Of a DNA stretch of 64,000 nucleotides, positions 42,850 to 50,557 are shown piece by piece. The notes under the pieces were generated by a model. The model searched no databases. It saw only the letters and a program-made list of their open reading frames with translations, and had not been told where the DNA came from. Numbering within the stretch: position 1 is the first letter of the stretch; each line of letters opens with the position of its first letter. Location of the stretch: assembly GCF_032191835.1 (NCBI RefSeq), contig NC_083230.1, forward strand, positions 89,962,001 through 90,026,000. Reading direction: 5' to 3'. The stretch is from Heteronotia binoei (lineage: Eukaryota). Made by a program: the position numbers and the translations under genes.

Positions 42850-43146
42850 GTACCCAAATATAGGCTTTTCAGTTAATACCACATAACCATAAACAATTGA
42901 AATATGTTATTAAGGCTCCAGTTTTATTTTGTTTTTTTAAATTCTATAAGCACCATAAAAATAAAGAATCTGATTTGGGCCAGGACAATAGATCTTGCGG
43001 GGGGGGGGGATGTACCCAAATATAGGCTTTTCAGTTAATACTACATAACCATAAACTATTGAAATATGTTATTAAGTCTCCAGTCTTTTTTTTCTTTAAT
43101 TCTATAAACACCATAAAAATGGAGAATCTGATTTGGGCCAGGACAA
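42850..43146. repeat. Local tandem duplication, units 42850-42988 and 43012-43146
   Basis: Both units run gtacccaaatataggcttttcagttaata...gaatctgatttgggccaggacaa at roughly 90% identity, each preceded by a G run. Confidence 0.9.
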
Positions 43147-44345
43147 AAATTCACAAAAATTCTATGAGCTTATGATTCACATTAGGAAACAATGCAAGAG
43201 GAAAGGATTATAAGCCCCCTTGCCCAGCACTGTGGTCCAAATCAGCCCCCTCCCCCTGTGGCTGCTATTCATAGAAGCAGGAGATCCAGTCAGGGATCTC
43301 TAATGTCTCCTTGAGCTATGCCCTCTTTGAAGTGGTAAACATGCACCAATTCAAATTGCAAAAGGTGGGGAAATCACATGACTGAATGTTCCTCCAGGCA
43401 AAAGAAGTTCACCCACAAGAAAACCAGTATACCATAGCAGATGCCTAGGCTAGAACTCTTCTTCCTGATATGTAGTTTTCTATGTTGAAGGATTAAAAAA
43501 AAAAAAGAGGATCATTAAATTATGTGGTCCTTAATCTGCAGTGTGAAGTAGTACAGTAGTGCAGGCTTACTACAACTGAACGGCCAATCTGATGTGGCAG
43601 TTCTGTGGGGGTATTTTTCTTTTCAAAAGCAGCCGTGAGGGGTCATTGTGGCCTTGGTCCTGATCAAAAAACTCTTTCCCATGCCATTTTTATAATCAGA
43701 AATAGCTTTGTCCCCCCAAGCTGCTTTAAGCTCTGGTAGGGAAAAGAAAAAGGCACATCAGGGAGTACCCATCGCCTTTTCCTATCAGGACTTAAAACAG
43801 TCTGGGGTGGAGCATTCATGACAGGGAAAAAAGAACAGGCAGAAACACCCCCTTTCCTCAGCACTGAGACCAGACTATGTTCTCCCTAAGGGTTGCCAAT
43901 TTGTAACCTTGAGGAAGTATACAGTGTTTTGAGTATTCTCATCTGAGAATTATTTCTGACCATTGTAAAGTTTGGCTAAAGGTTCAGTGAAACAAGACAA
44001 CAGAATACCAGTTTTGTTCATTAGTTGCATTGCTGGAATCAAATTGGACTGGAGTCAAAAATTTTGGACCGTCTTTGTTCTTAGGTTCACTACAGTACTT
44101 GGGACAGAAGAGATCCATTTGTAAGGAATTATTGACTGGATTCAAGGATTAAGGATTTTCCTGTTGGATTTTCATTGATTCTCTGTTCCTGGTTACACAA
44201 ATGGTATATGTTCTTTTCTGTGCACAATTTTGTATAGAAGATATTGTAGATTTGACTGTTTTTGGATTTTCTATACAGCTGATTTATTGATTGGTTTTGT
44301 AAATGGTGTGTATTGAGGCTTGTTACACAAAGGCTTTTTGCTTCA

Positions 44346-44526
44346 AACTCCAGGTGGTGACTGGAAATGTCCCAGGATTACGACTGATCTTCAGGCAACA
44401 GAGATTCACCTGGAGAAAATGGTGGCTTTGGAAGGTGGACTCAATGGCATTATACCCCATTGAAGTCCCTCCTCTCTCAAACCTGCCCTCCTCAGTCTTC
44501 AGCCCCAAAATCTCAAGGTATTTCCC
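44346..44526. mobile_element. 3'-truncated hAT (Blackjack-like) MITE
   Basis: Body resembles the reverse complement of 63493-63704 and 61315-61502 but breaks off at ggtatttccc, with no terminal GGCAACCCTA. Confidence 0.6.
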
Positions 44527-44622
44527 ATAATTATATATATATAATTATGCATAGTTTCCCATAATTATATTCCCATAATTATATATATATAATTATGCAT
44601 AATATATAATTATGCATAGTTT
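44521..44622. repeat. Nested AT-rich palindromic duplications
   Basis: Repeated restarts of tttcccataattatatatatataattatgcatag; contains two copies of the perfect 24-bp palindrome cataattatatatatataattatg. Confidence 0.9.
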
Positions 44623-44641
44623 GAAACAAGAGGAAAGAGAT

Positions 44642-44856
44642 AAAAACAGGTTGCTTACCTGTAACTGATGATCTTCGAGTGGTCATCTGTGCAGTCACAC
44701 ACATGGGTCTTGCCGCAGGCAACGGATCCGTACCTCGGAGCTCCAATAGCTCGTTTATAACGTCTTTTGGCGCGCTTTCCTCCCGCCCTGGGGAGCAGGC
44801 AGCGACTGCGCATGCCTGGAGCGGGGGGAGAGCGCCCATTCCACTCAGTTTCTTCC
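44642..44856 (-). repeat. DIRS 3' inverted terminal repeat
   Basis: 44698-44856 is the exact reverse complement of 50808-50966 (159/159); the outer part is longer than, and differs from, the 5' ITR end. Confidence 0.95.
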
Positions 44857-44933
44857 AGCCGCCACTGGCAGAGAGACTAGAAAGGTTAAAACAAGAAGTA
44901 CCAAAAGCCAGCAGCGGGGAAGGCTGGGTGGGC

Positions 44934-45030
44934 GTGTGTGACTGCACAGATGACCACTCGAAGATCATCAGTTACAGGTAAGCAACCTGTTTATCTTCTT
45001 CGTGGTCTCTGTGCAGTCCCACACATGGGT
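44934..45030 (-). repeat. DIRS internal complementary region (ICR), 97 bp
   Basis: 44934-44992 is the reverse complement of 44644-44702 (59/59); 44993-45030 is the reverse complement of 50956-50993 (38/38). Confidence 0.96.
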
Positions 45031-45145
45031 GACTAGCCAGCTAAGTGTCCTGGAGGAGGGTGCTGGAGGAGAAAAAGGTTAGTCACATGGCCCAAAGCAA
45101 AGATAGTATGATATAGAAACATAAGCGGATGCACTCACCTCCATT

Positions 45146-47947
45146 TTAGTGAAAGATGGATCTGAGGACCGCTTGGCCGAAGGAGGCGTCACGTCTTGCA
45201 CGAACGTCCAACGCATAATGGGAGACGAACGTGGAGGGAGAGGACCACGATGCAGCAGCACAGATGTCCTCTAGGGAGACGCCGTGTAAGAAAGCCGAAG
45301 ACGTCGAGACCGCTCTGGTAGAGTGAGCCTTAAGGCCTTCGGGCAGAGGCTGGTTAGCCAGTTCGTAGCACAGCCTAATGGCGCTAACTACCCATTTAGA
45401 TAGTCTCTGGGTAGAGATTTTGAGTCCCCTGCAGGGGTTTCCGTATGCCACAAATAGATTAGGGTCCTTACGGAAAGGCCGTGTACGATCAAGGTAGAAG
45501 GATAAAGCCCTTCTTGCATCCAGCGAATGCAGGGCCCGTTGTCCGTGATCGGTTGGGTTGGGAAAAAAGGTCGGCAGAGAGGTTGCAGTCGATAGGTGGA
45601 ACTGGGAGACAACTTTAGGAAGGAACGCAGGGTCCGGTCTGAGGACAACCTTTTCCTTGTGGAAAGTGGTGTAGGGAGGATCGTGGCGGAAGGCGCATAA
45701 GTCACTTGCCCGTTTCCCAGAGGTAAGGGCAACAAGCAACGCTGTCTTCCAGGAGAGAAGGCTGAGGTCTATGGTGGCCATAGGTTCGAATGGTGCTTTC
45801 ATAAGCGAGGAAAGAACTAGGGATAAACTCCAAGTTGGGACAAGGGGTTTAACGGGTGGATTGAGGTGCAACATGCCCTTGAGAAAGGCCTTGGACAAGG
45901 AATGAGAAAAAACTGTTTTGCCGTCTACCGGGTTGTGGAATGCAGAGATGGCAGACAGATGAACTTTCAAGGATGAGTAACAGAGTCCTGATTTCTGTAG
46001 GGAAAGTAAATACTCCAGGATCATATTGAGAGGTACTGATTCTGGAAGTAAATGGTTAGCAGTCGCGAATGAACAGAAGCGTTTCCATTTCCTTTGGTAC
46101 GAAAGCCTTGTGGAGGGCTTCCTGGCGTTCAGAATAACGTGGGCTACCTCTGCGGAGAGGTGGGAGGTCGAATTCTCCAGGCCGTTAAGGCCAGTACCTG
46201 AGGATTGTGGTGCAATATCTGACCGTTGGCTTGGGACAAGAGGTCGCTCACGAGAGGGAGGCGACGGTAGGTGTGATGAGATAACTGGAGAAGTCTCGTG
46301 AACCATGGTTGCCGTGGCCACCAAGGGGCTACCAGGATGCAGTCCGTGCCGTCTCGTGTGATCTTCATCAGTACCCGAGTCAGTAGAGGGGTTGGTGGGA
46401 AGATGTAGTGGAGAGGGCCCGTCCATCTGTGTAGGAAGGCGTCGTTCTCCCTTCTTGAAAAATAGCGTGGGCATTTGGCATTGTCCCGCGAAGCAAAGGC
46501 ATCCACCTTGGGTGTTCTGAAGCATCTGAAAATGCGTCGGAGGTAAGTCGGATTGAGGGACCACTCGTGGTCGTCCAGACGAAACCTGCTCAGAGAGTCG
46601 GCCAGAACATTGTCGACGCCTGGGAGGTGAACAGCGGTCAAGTGAATGTTGTGCTCCAGACACCATTCCCAGAGCACGATGGCTATACGGCAAAGTCTGA
46701 GAGACTTGGTGCCCCCCTGTTTGTTGATGTAATAGACAGTTGCCATGTTGTCCGTTGAGATCTGGACATGGCTCCCGTTGATCAGGGGAAGAAAGGATAA
46801 GAGGGCCCTGTGTACGGCAATCAGTTCCAAGCAGTTTATGTGCATGGCCCTCTCGGAGGGGGTCCAAAGGCCTCTGACGGTCTTGTCCTGTAAGTGGGCT
46901 CCCCATCCCCACTTTGAGGCATCTGTTGTCACAACAGCTACTGGAGGCGTCGGTAGGAACGGCATGCCCGCGAGGAGATTGCTGGGTACCGTCCACCAGG
47001 TAAGGGATGAAAGTGCTCTCTGGGGAACCGTGAGTAAGGTACTCTGCGGTTGCAACAGAGGATGGTAGGCTCTTACAAACCAGAGCTGTAGTTGTCGCAT
47101 CCGTAGCTTGGCAAAGTGGATGACAGAAGTCGTGGCGGCCATGAGGCCCAGCAGGCGTTGTATTGTGAATGCAGACTGGCAAGGCTGTCGTTGAATTGAC
47201 CTGGCTAAGGTGATGATGGTGATTGCTCGATCCCCTGGGAGGAAAGCACGGTGAAGAGAGGTGCGTAGGAGAGCCCCTATAAACTTGATATCCTGCGTGG
47301 GCTCGAGATGGGATTTGGATGCGTTCACACGAAGGCCCAGGGAATCGAGAAGGGAGAGCGTTGTGCTGATATTGGTCTGCAAACGATGCTGAGTCGGTGC
47401 TATGAGAAGCCAGTCGTCTATATATGGGAAGACTGTGATGTCTCGGAGTCTGAGAGCCGCTGCCACCACCGCCATACACTTGGTGAATACCCTTGGCGCG
47501 GTGGAGAGGCCGAAGGGCAGAGATACGTACTGAAAGTGGTCTTGCCCCATAGCGAATCTTAAATACTTCCGATGATGGGGCCGGATAGTCACGTGGAAGT
47601 AAGCGTCCTGAAGATCTAGGGAAGCCATCCAGGAGTTCCTGGGAATAAGAGGCAGGATAGCATGTAGGGAGATCATTCTGAACTTCCTGCATTCGATGAA
47701 ATTGTTCAGCTTCCGAAGATCTAGGATAGGGCGCTTTCCTCCATCGCGTTTGGGGACCAGGAAGTATCTTGAGTAGAATCCCGTCCCTCGATGTTGAGGA
47801 GGAACGGGTTCTATGGCATTCTTCTGGAGCAAGTCCAGAATTTCCTGCTGCAAGAGAGCAGATGGAGGTGTGGCTATGAAGTGGTGGTGGTGAGGTGGCG
47901 AAACGAACTCTATTGCGTAACCTAGACGCACGATGGTGAGGACCCAA
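45146..47947 (-). CDS. DIRS ORF3: long overlapping N-terminal extension plus tyrosine recombinase
   Basis: The C-terminal ~340 aa carry YR motifs SGKRASDL (R), AHSTR (HxxR), ASW and terminal FVSHY (Y). The TTG start is only the ORF-finder choice; the frame stays open upstream to the gag stop. Confidence 0.93.
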   Translation of the reverse strand: MGPHHRASRLRNRVRFATSPPPLHSHTSICSLAAGNSGLAPEECHRTRSSSTSRDGILLKILPGPQTRWRKAPYPRSSEAEQFHRMQEVQNDLPTCYPASYSQELLDGFPRSSGRLLPRDYPAPSSEVFKIRYGARPLSVRISALRPLHRAKGIHQVYGGGGSGSQTPRHHSLPIYRRLASHSTDSASFADQYQHNALPSRFPGPSCERIQIPSRAHAGYQVYRGSPTHLSSPCFPPRGSSNHHHHLSQVNSTTALPVCIHNTTPAGPHGRHDFCHPLCQATDATTTALVCKSLPSSVATAEYLTHGSPESTFIPYLVDGTQQSPRGHAVPTDASSSCCDNRCLKVGMGSPLTGQDRQRPLDPLREGHAHKLLGTDCRTQGPLILSSPDQREPCPDLNGQHGNCLLHQQTGGHQVSQTLPYSHRALGMVSGAQHSLDRCSPPRRRQCSGRLSEQVSSGRPRVVPQSDLPPTHFQMLQNTQGGCLCFAGQCQMPTLFFKKGERRLPTQMDGPSPLHLPTNPSTDSGTDEDHTRRHGLHPGSPLVATATMVHETSPVISSHLPSPPSRERPLVPSQRSDIAPQSSGTGLNGLENSTSHLSAEVAHVILNARKPSTRLSYQRKWKRFCSFATANHLLPESVPLNMILEYLLSLQKSGLCYSSLKVHLSAISAFHNPVDGKTVFSHSLSKAFLKGMLHLNPPVKPLVPTWSLSLVLSSLMKAPFEPMATIDLSLLSWKTALLVALTSGKRASDLCAFRHDPPYTTFHKEKVVLRPDPAFLPKVVSQFHLSTATSLPTFFPNPTDHGQRALHSLDARRALSFYLDRTRPFRKDPNLFVAYGNPCRGLKISTQRLSKWVVSAIRLCYELANQPLPEGLKAHSTRAVSTSSAFLHGVSLEDICAAASWSSPSTFVSHYALDVRARRDASFGQAVLRSIFH

Positions 47948-48267
47948 GAGTCGGTGGTGATGGAACTCCAGCTCGGGTAGAAAGGGGATAGTCTGGTATG
48001 CCTGATGGGAGAGTCAAAGAGACTGCTTGCCTGTCTGAGACTGTTTCTTAGAAGGTTGAGCCCGTGGCCTTTGATGAAAAGGTTGCTTTGGGAGAGGTTT
48101 CCTTTTCCAGAAATCTTGAGACTTGGGAGACCGCTGGCGGCGCTGAAAGGATGGCTTCCACGGTCTCTGCCTATTAGGGGGCAGTGAGGTTGGTTGTGTG
48201 ACGCCAAGTCGTTTGGCTCTTTTGCGGCCGTCGTCGACCGATGCAAGGACCTCGTCCGTGGACGCAT
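46144..48267 (-). CDS. DIRS ORF2: reverse transcriptase - RNase H - methyltransferase-like domain
   Basis: RT motifs YFLVPK, RPILDLRKLN, DLQDAY, LPFGLSTAPRVF, YIDD; RNase H TDAS, ELIAV, TDN, ADSLSR; MT-like DAFAS and YIFPP. Confidence 0.96.
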   Translation of the reverse strand: MRPRTRSLHRSTTAAKEPNDLASHNQPHCPLIGRDRGSHPFSAASGLPSLKISGKGNLSQSNLFIKGHGLNLLRNSLRQASSLFDSPIRHTRLSPFYPSWSSITTDSWVLTIVRLGYAIEFVSPPHHHHFIATPPSALLQQEILDLLQKNAIEPVPPQHRGTGFYSRYFLVPKRDGGKRPILDLRKLNNFIECRKFRMISLHAILPLIPRNSWMASLDLQDAYFHVTIRPHHRKYLRFAMGQDHFQYVSLPFGLSTAPRVFTKCMAVVAAALRLRDITVFPYIDDWLLIAPTQHRLQTNISTTLSLLDSLGLRVNASKSHLEPTQDIKFIGALLRTSLHRAFLPGDRAITIITLARSIQRQPCQSAFTIQRLLGLMAATTSVIHFAKLRMRQLQLWFVRAYHPLLQPQSTLLTVPQRALSSLTWWTVPSNLLAGMPFLPTPPVAVVTTDASKWGWGAHLQDKTVRGLWTPSERAMHINCLELIAVHRALLSFLPLINGSHVQISTDNMATVYYINKQGGTKSLRLCRIAIVLWEWCLEHNIHLTAVHLPGVDNVLADSLSRFRLDDHEWSLNPTYLRRIFRCFRTPKVDAFASRDNAKCPRYFSRRENDAFLHRWTGPLHYIFPPTPLLTRVLMKITRDGTDCILVAPWWPRQPWFTRLLQLSHHTYRRLPLVSDLLSQANGQILHHNPQVLALTAWRIRPPTSPQR

Positions 48268-50557
48268 GGAACAGCCCCAGACCGTCGAAGGGAAGGTCCT
48301 CTATACGCTGCTTGATGTCCGGCTGCAAGTTGGTAGAGCGCAGCCAGGCGTGGCGGCGTAAAGCCACCGAAGTTGCAAAAATTCGAGAGGAACAGGAGAC
48401 CGCATGGCGGATAGAGTTGATTTGTTGTTTAGTGACACGGGAGAGCTCAGAGACGAGGGACGACACAGCCTTCTGAGATGAGTCAGGCATGGATGCGATA
48501 TGAGGGGTAATCTGGTTTGCCAAATTGAAGGAGTAAGCCGCAAAATAGGCTAAATAATTGTTCAACTTGGAGTTGGTTGAAGAAAAGCTATAGATTTTCT
48601 TAGCCAGAGTGTCCAATTTTCGACCCTCCCGGTCCGGAGGAACGGGGTGGCGAGATTGTTTGGTCTTGGTGGCGGAATGAACAACGACAGAGTTGGGTGC
48701 CGGGTGAGATGCGAGGAATTTGCAGTCAGCTACGTGCACCCTATAAAGAGAATCCAGGCGGCGAGAAAGTGTAGGGATCGAAGCCGGTTTCTCCCAAGCT
48801 TCCTGGAGGCCTTCAAGGTGTACAGGGAGCATAGGAAGCGTAGAGCTATCAGGAAAATCTGCACGGACTAGGTCGTGGACCACATCCGAAACTTTAGGTG
48901 AGTCAGAGGACATAGGGATGTTTAGTGCGGAAGCCATGGTTGTAACAAGATTCAGGTAGGCCTTAGAACTGTCGGATGGTGAAAGCCTAGGAGGCTGGTC
49001 CGATGAGGGTGAGGCTGGGGCCACCTCGGAGTCGGATTGATCAGAAGTGTCTCTATCCGAAGTCGAGGCGGGACGTTGTGGAGACTTGGATCCAACAGGT
49101 GAAGGGTCCCGAGGACGCTTGAGTGGCGAAGCTGGTGGTTTGGAAACCGATGCGGATGCTGTTCTGGGAGAATCTCGGTTTCGAGGACCAACGGGGGGCT
49201 GCACAGCATGGTGGGAACCAGGTGCAGTCTGGGAGTCGAAAACGTCTCGGGTCCGAAGTGCTGCCGCATGCTCTCGGGTGCGAGGGTTTGGCTCTCCTCG
49301 GGGAGAGTAGCAGTGGTGTTGGTAGTCATCGTAGCAATCTGGAGACAGGTGGCGATAATAAGGAGATCGTTGGTCGCGTGAACGGTAGTAGTCGCGGGTT
49401 CCGGGTGAATAATAATCCCTGAGTCGAGGTATATAAACATCTCTTGGGAGAGGCTCGGGATCGAAGTCGGAGAAATGCCTATAGCTGTGGCGCGATGGTG
49501 AGCGCAGGTACCGATGGTAGCGCGAGTGAAGTCGAGGTGACGGAGACCGAGAAGGAGAGCGGTCTCGTGGGTAGTCACGCTGGTAGTCACCATACCGGGA
49601 CCGGGAGCGATCACGGCGAAGGTCCTGGTAGTCATGACGACGCGGAGAGTAGTCATGTCGATGCGGAGAGTAGGGACGATCTCGGATCGGAGACCTCGGA
49701 CGAAGCGGAGACCGCGAACGAGAGCGGGGCCGTGGAGATCCAGATCGGAGCCGATGAGAGGAAACTTGTGTAGAAGATTCCTTCAGCAGTGGTGCTGCAG
49801 TGTCTTTAAGCAATGGAGTCGTGATGTCCTTCAGCACTGGCGTTGTGACGTCGAGGAAGGATTCGGGTCCGAGAAGTGGAGCCTCGGTGTCGAGGATATC
49901 ATTAGGAGGAAGGCTGTGCACCGAGGGTGATCTCGAGCCAATCGGAATCACTTCGATAGAGGGTTGAGTGAGGCGAGGCATTTCCGAGATAACATCGGAA
50001 GGAGCCGAGAGTTCGATAGGTAGAATCGGATTCGATTGCGCGGAGGCCGTTTGGGCGGTCGATACGGACGATTGCGCAGCCGTAGCAAAAGCGGAAGTAT
50101 GCACGGAGGTAGAAGCCGACGGGTCGTGATGCTTCTTAGGCGCCGAAGTGGTCGGGCTGGAAGTTTTCGGGCCCGAGTGGTGTGACTTCGACAGACTCGA
50201 TTCGCCCTGACGAGTCTGTTTAGGCGCCTTGTGGCCCTCAGAGTGCTTAGAAGACTTTTTATCGGACTTATGCTTCCTAGGTACGATAGGAAGGGCCGAA
50301 GTTGCCGAATCTCCCGCTCTCAGTGGGGGAGGCGGCGGATCTGAGGTAGACACTGCGCGTAGAGAGGATTCCATGAGGAAGCTACGAAGGCGAGCTGCTC
50401 TGTTCTTGCGCGCCTGCTTGCCGAAGCAAGCACAGTGGTGGCAGTTATCGGTTCTGTGGGATTCCCCCAAGCAAAAAAGGCAGAGTGAATGACCGTCTGA
50501 GGACGGAATTTTAGAACCACACTGCCTGCACCTTTTAAAGGTGATTTTCCCTTCCAT
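48014..50557 (-). CDS. DIRS ORF1 (Gag-like): N-terminal Cys/His zinc finger, RS/SP-rich middle, LAP2alpha-like C-terminal domain
   Basis: ATG at 50557; CxxC...HxxCxxC...H...CxxC at the N-terminus; WEKP, PAPNS, PPDREGRKLD and DLPFDG motifs typical of vertebrate DIRS ORF1; 847 aa, uninterrupted. Confidence 0.92.
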   Translation of the reverse strand: MEGKITFKRCRQCGSKIPSSDGHSLCLFCLGESHRTDNCHHCACFGKQARKNRAARLRSFLMESSLRAVSTSDPPPPPLRAGDSATSALPIVPRKHKSDKKSSKHSEGHKAPKQTRQGESSLSKSHHSGPKTSSPTTSAPKKHHDPSASTSVHTSAFATAAQSSVSTAQTASAQSNPILPIELSAPSDVISEMPRLTQPSIEVIPIGSRSPSVHSLPPNDILDTEAPLLGPESFLDVTTPVLKDITTPLLKDTAAPLLKESSTQVSSHRLRSGSPRPRSRSRSPLRPRSPIRDRPYSPHRHDYSPRRHDYQDLRRDRSRSRYGDYQRDYPRDRSPSRSPSPRLHSRYHRYLRSPSRHSYRHFSDFDPEPLPRDVYIPRLRDYYSPGTRDYYRSRDQRSPYYRHLSPDCYDDYQHHCYSPRGEPNPRTREHAAALRTRDVFDSQTAPGSHHAVQPPVGPRNRDSPRTASASVSKPPASPLKRPRDPSPVGSKSPQRPASTSDRDTSDQSDSEVAPASPSSDQPPRLSPSDSSKAYLNLVTTMASALNIPMSSDSPKVSDVVHDLVRADFPDSSTLPMLPVHLEGLQEAWEKPASIPTLSRRLDSLYRVHVADCKFLASHPAPNSVVVHSATKTKQSRHPVPPDREGRKLDTLAKKIYSFSSTNSKLNNYLAYFAAYSFNLANQITPHIASMPDSSQKAVSSLVSELSRVTKQQINSIRHAVSCSSRIFATSVALRRHAWLRSTNLQPDIKQRIEDLPFDGLGLFHASTDEVLASVDDGRKRAKRLGVTQPTSLPPNRQRPWKPSFQRRQRSPKSQDFWKRKPLPKQPFHQRPRAQPSKKQSQTGKQSL

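Noticed and set aside
44521-44622. CRISPR-like or satellite array
   Set aside because: No unique spacers or constant period; nested partial duplications in a eukaryotic intron.
44579-44981. ORFs at both ITRs with the same peptide (MGLAAGNGSVPRSS...)
   Set aside because: The identity follows trivially from the inverted repeat. Only the 5' leader copy is discussed as a possible uORF.
45146-48267. Phage-like integrase and Dam-like motifs as bacterial contamination, HGT or a new defence system
   Set aside because: Both are standard components of DIRS1 retrotransposons. The ITR/ICR structure and clean junctions within a vertebrate intron explain them.
48952-50492. Several alternative-frame and antisense ORFs inside DIRS gag (e.g. 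48952-49656, 49444-49773, 49634-49930)
   Set aside because: Expected shadows of GC-rich repetitive RS-coding sequence; no recognisable motifs.
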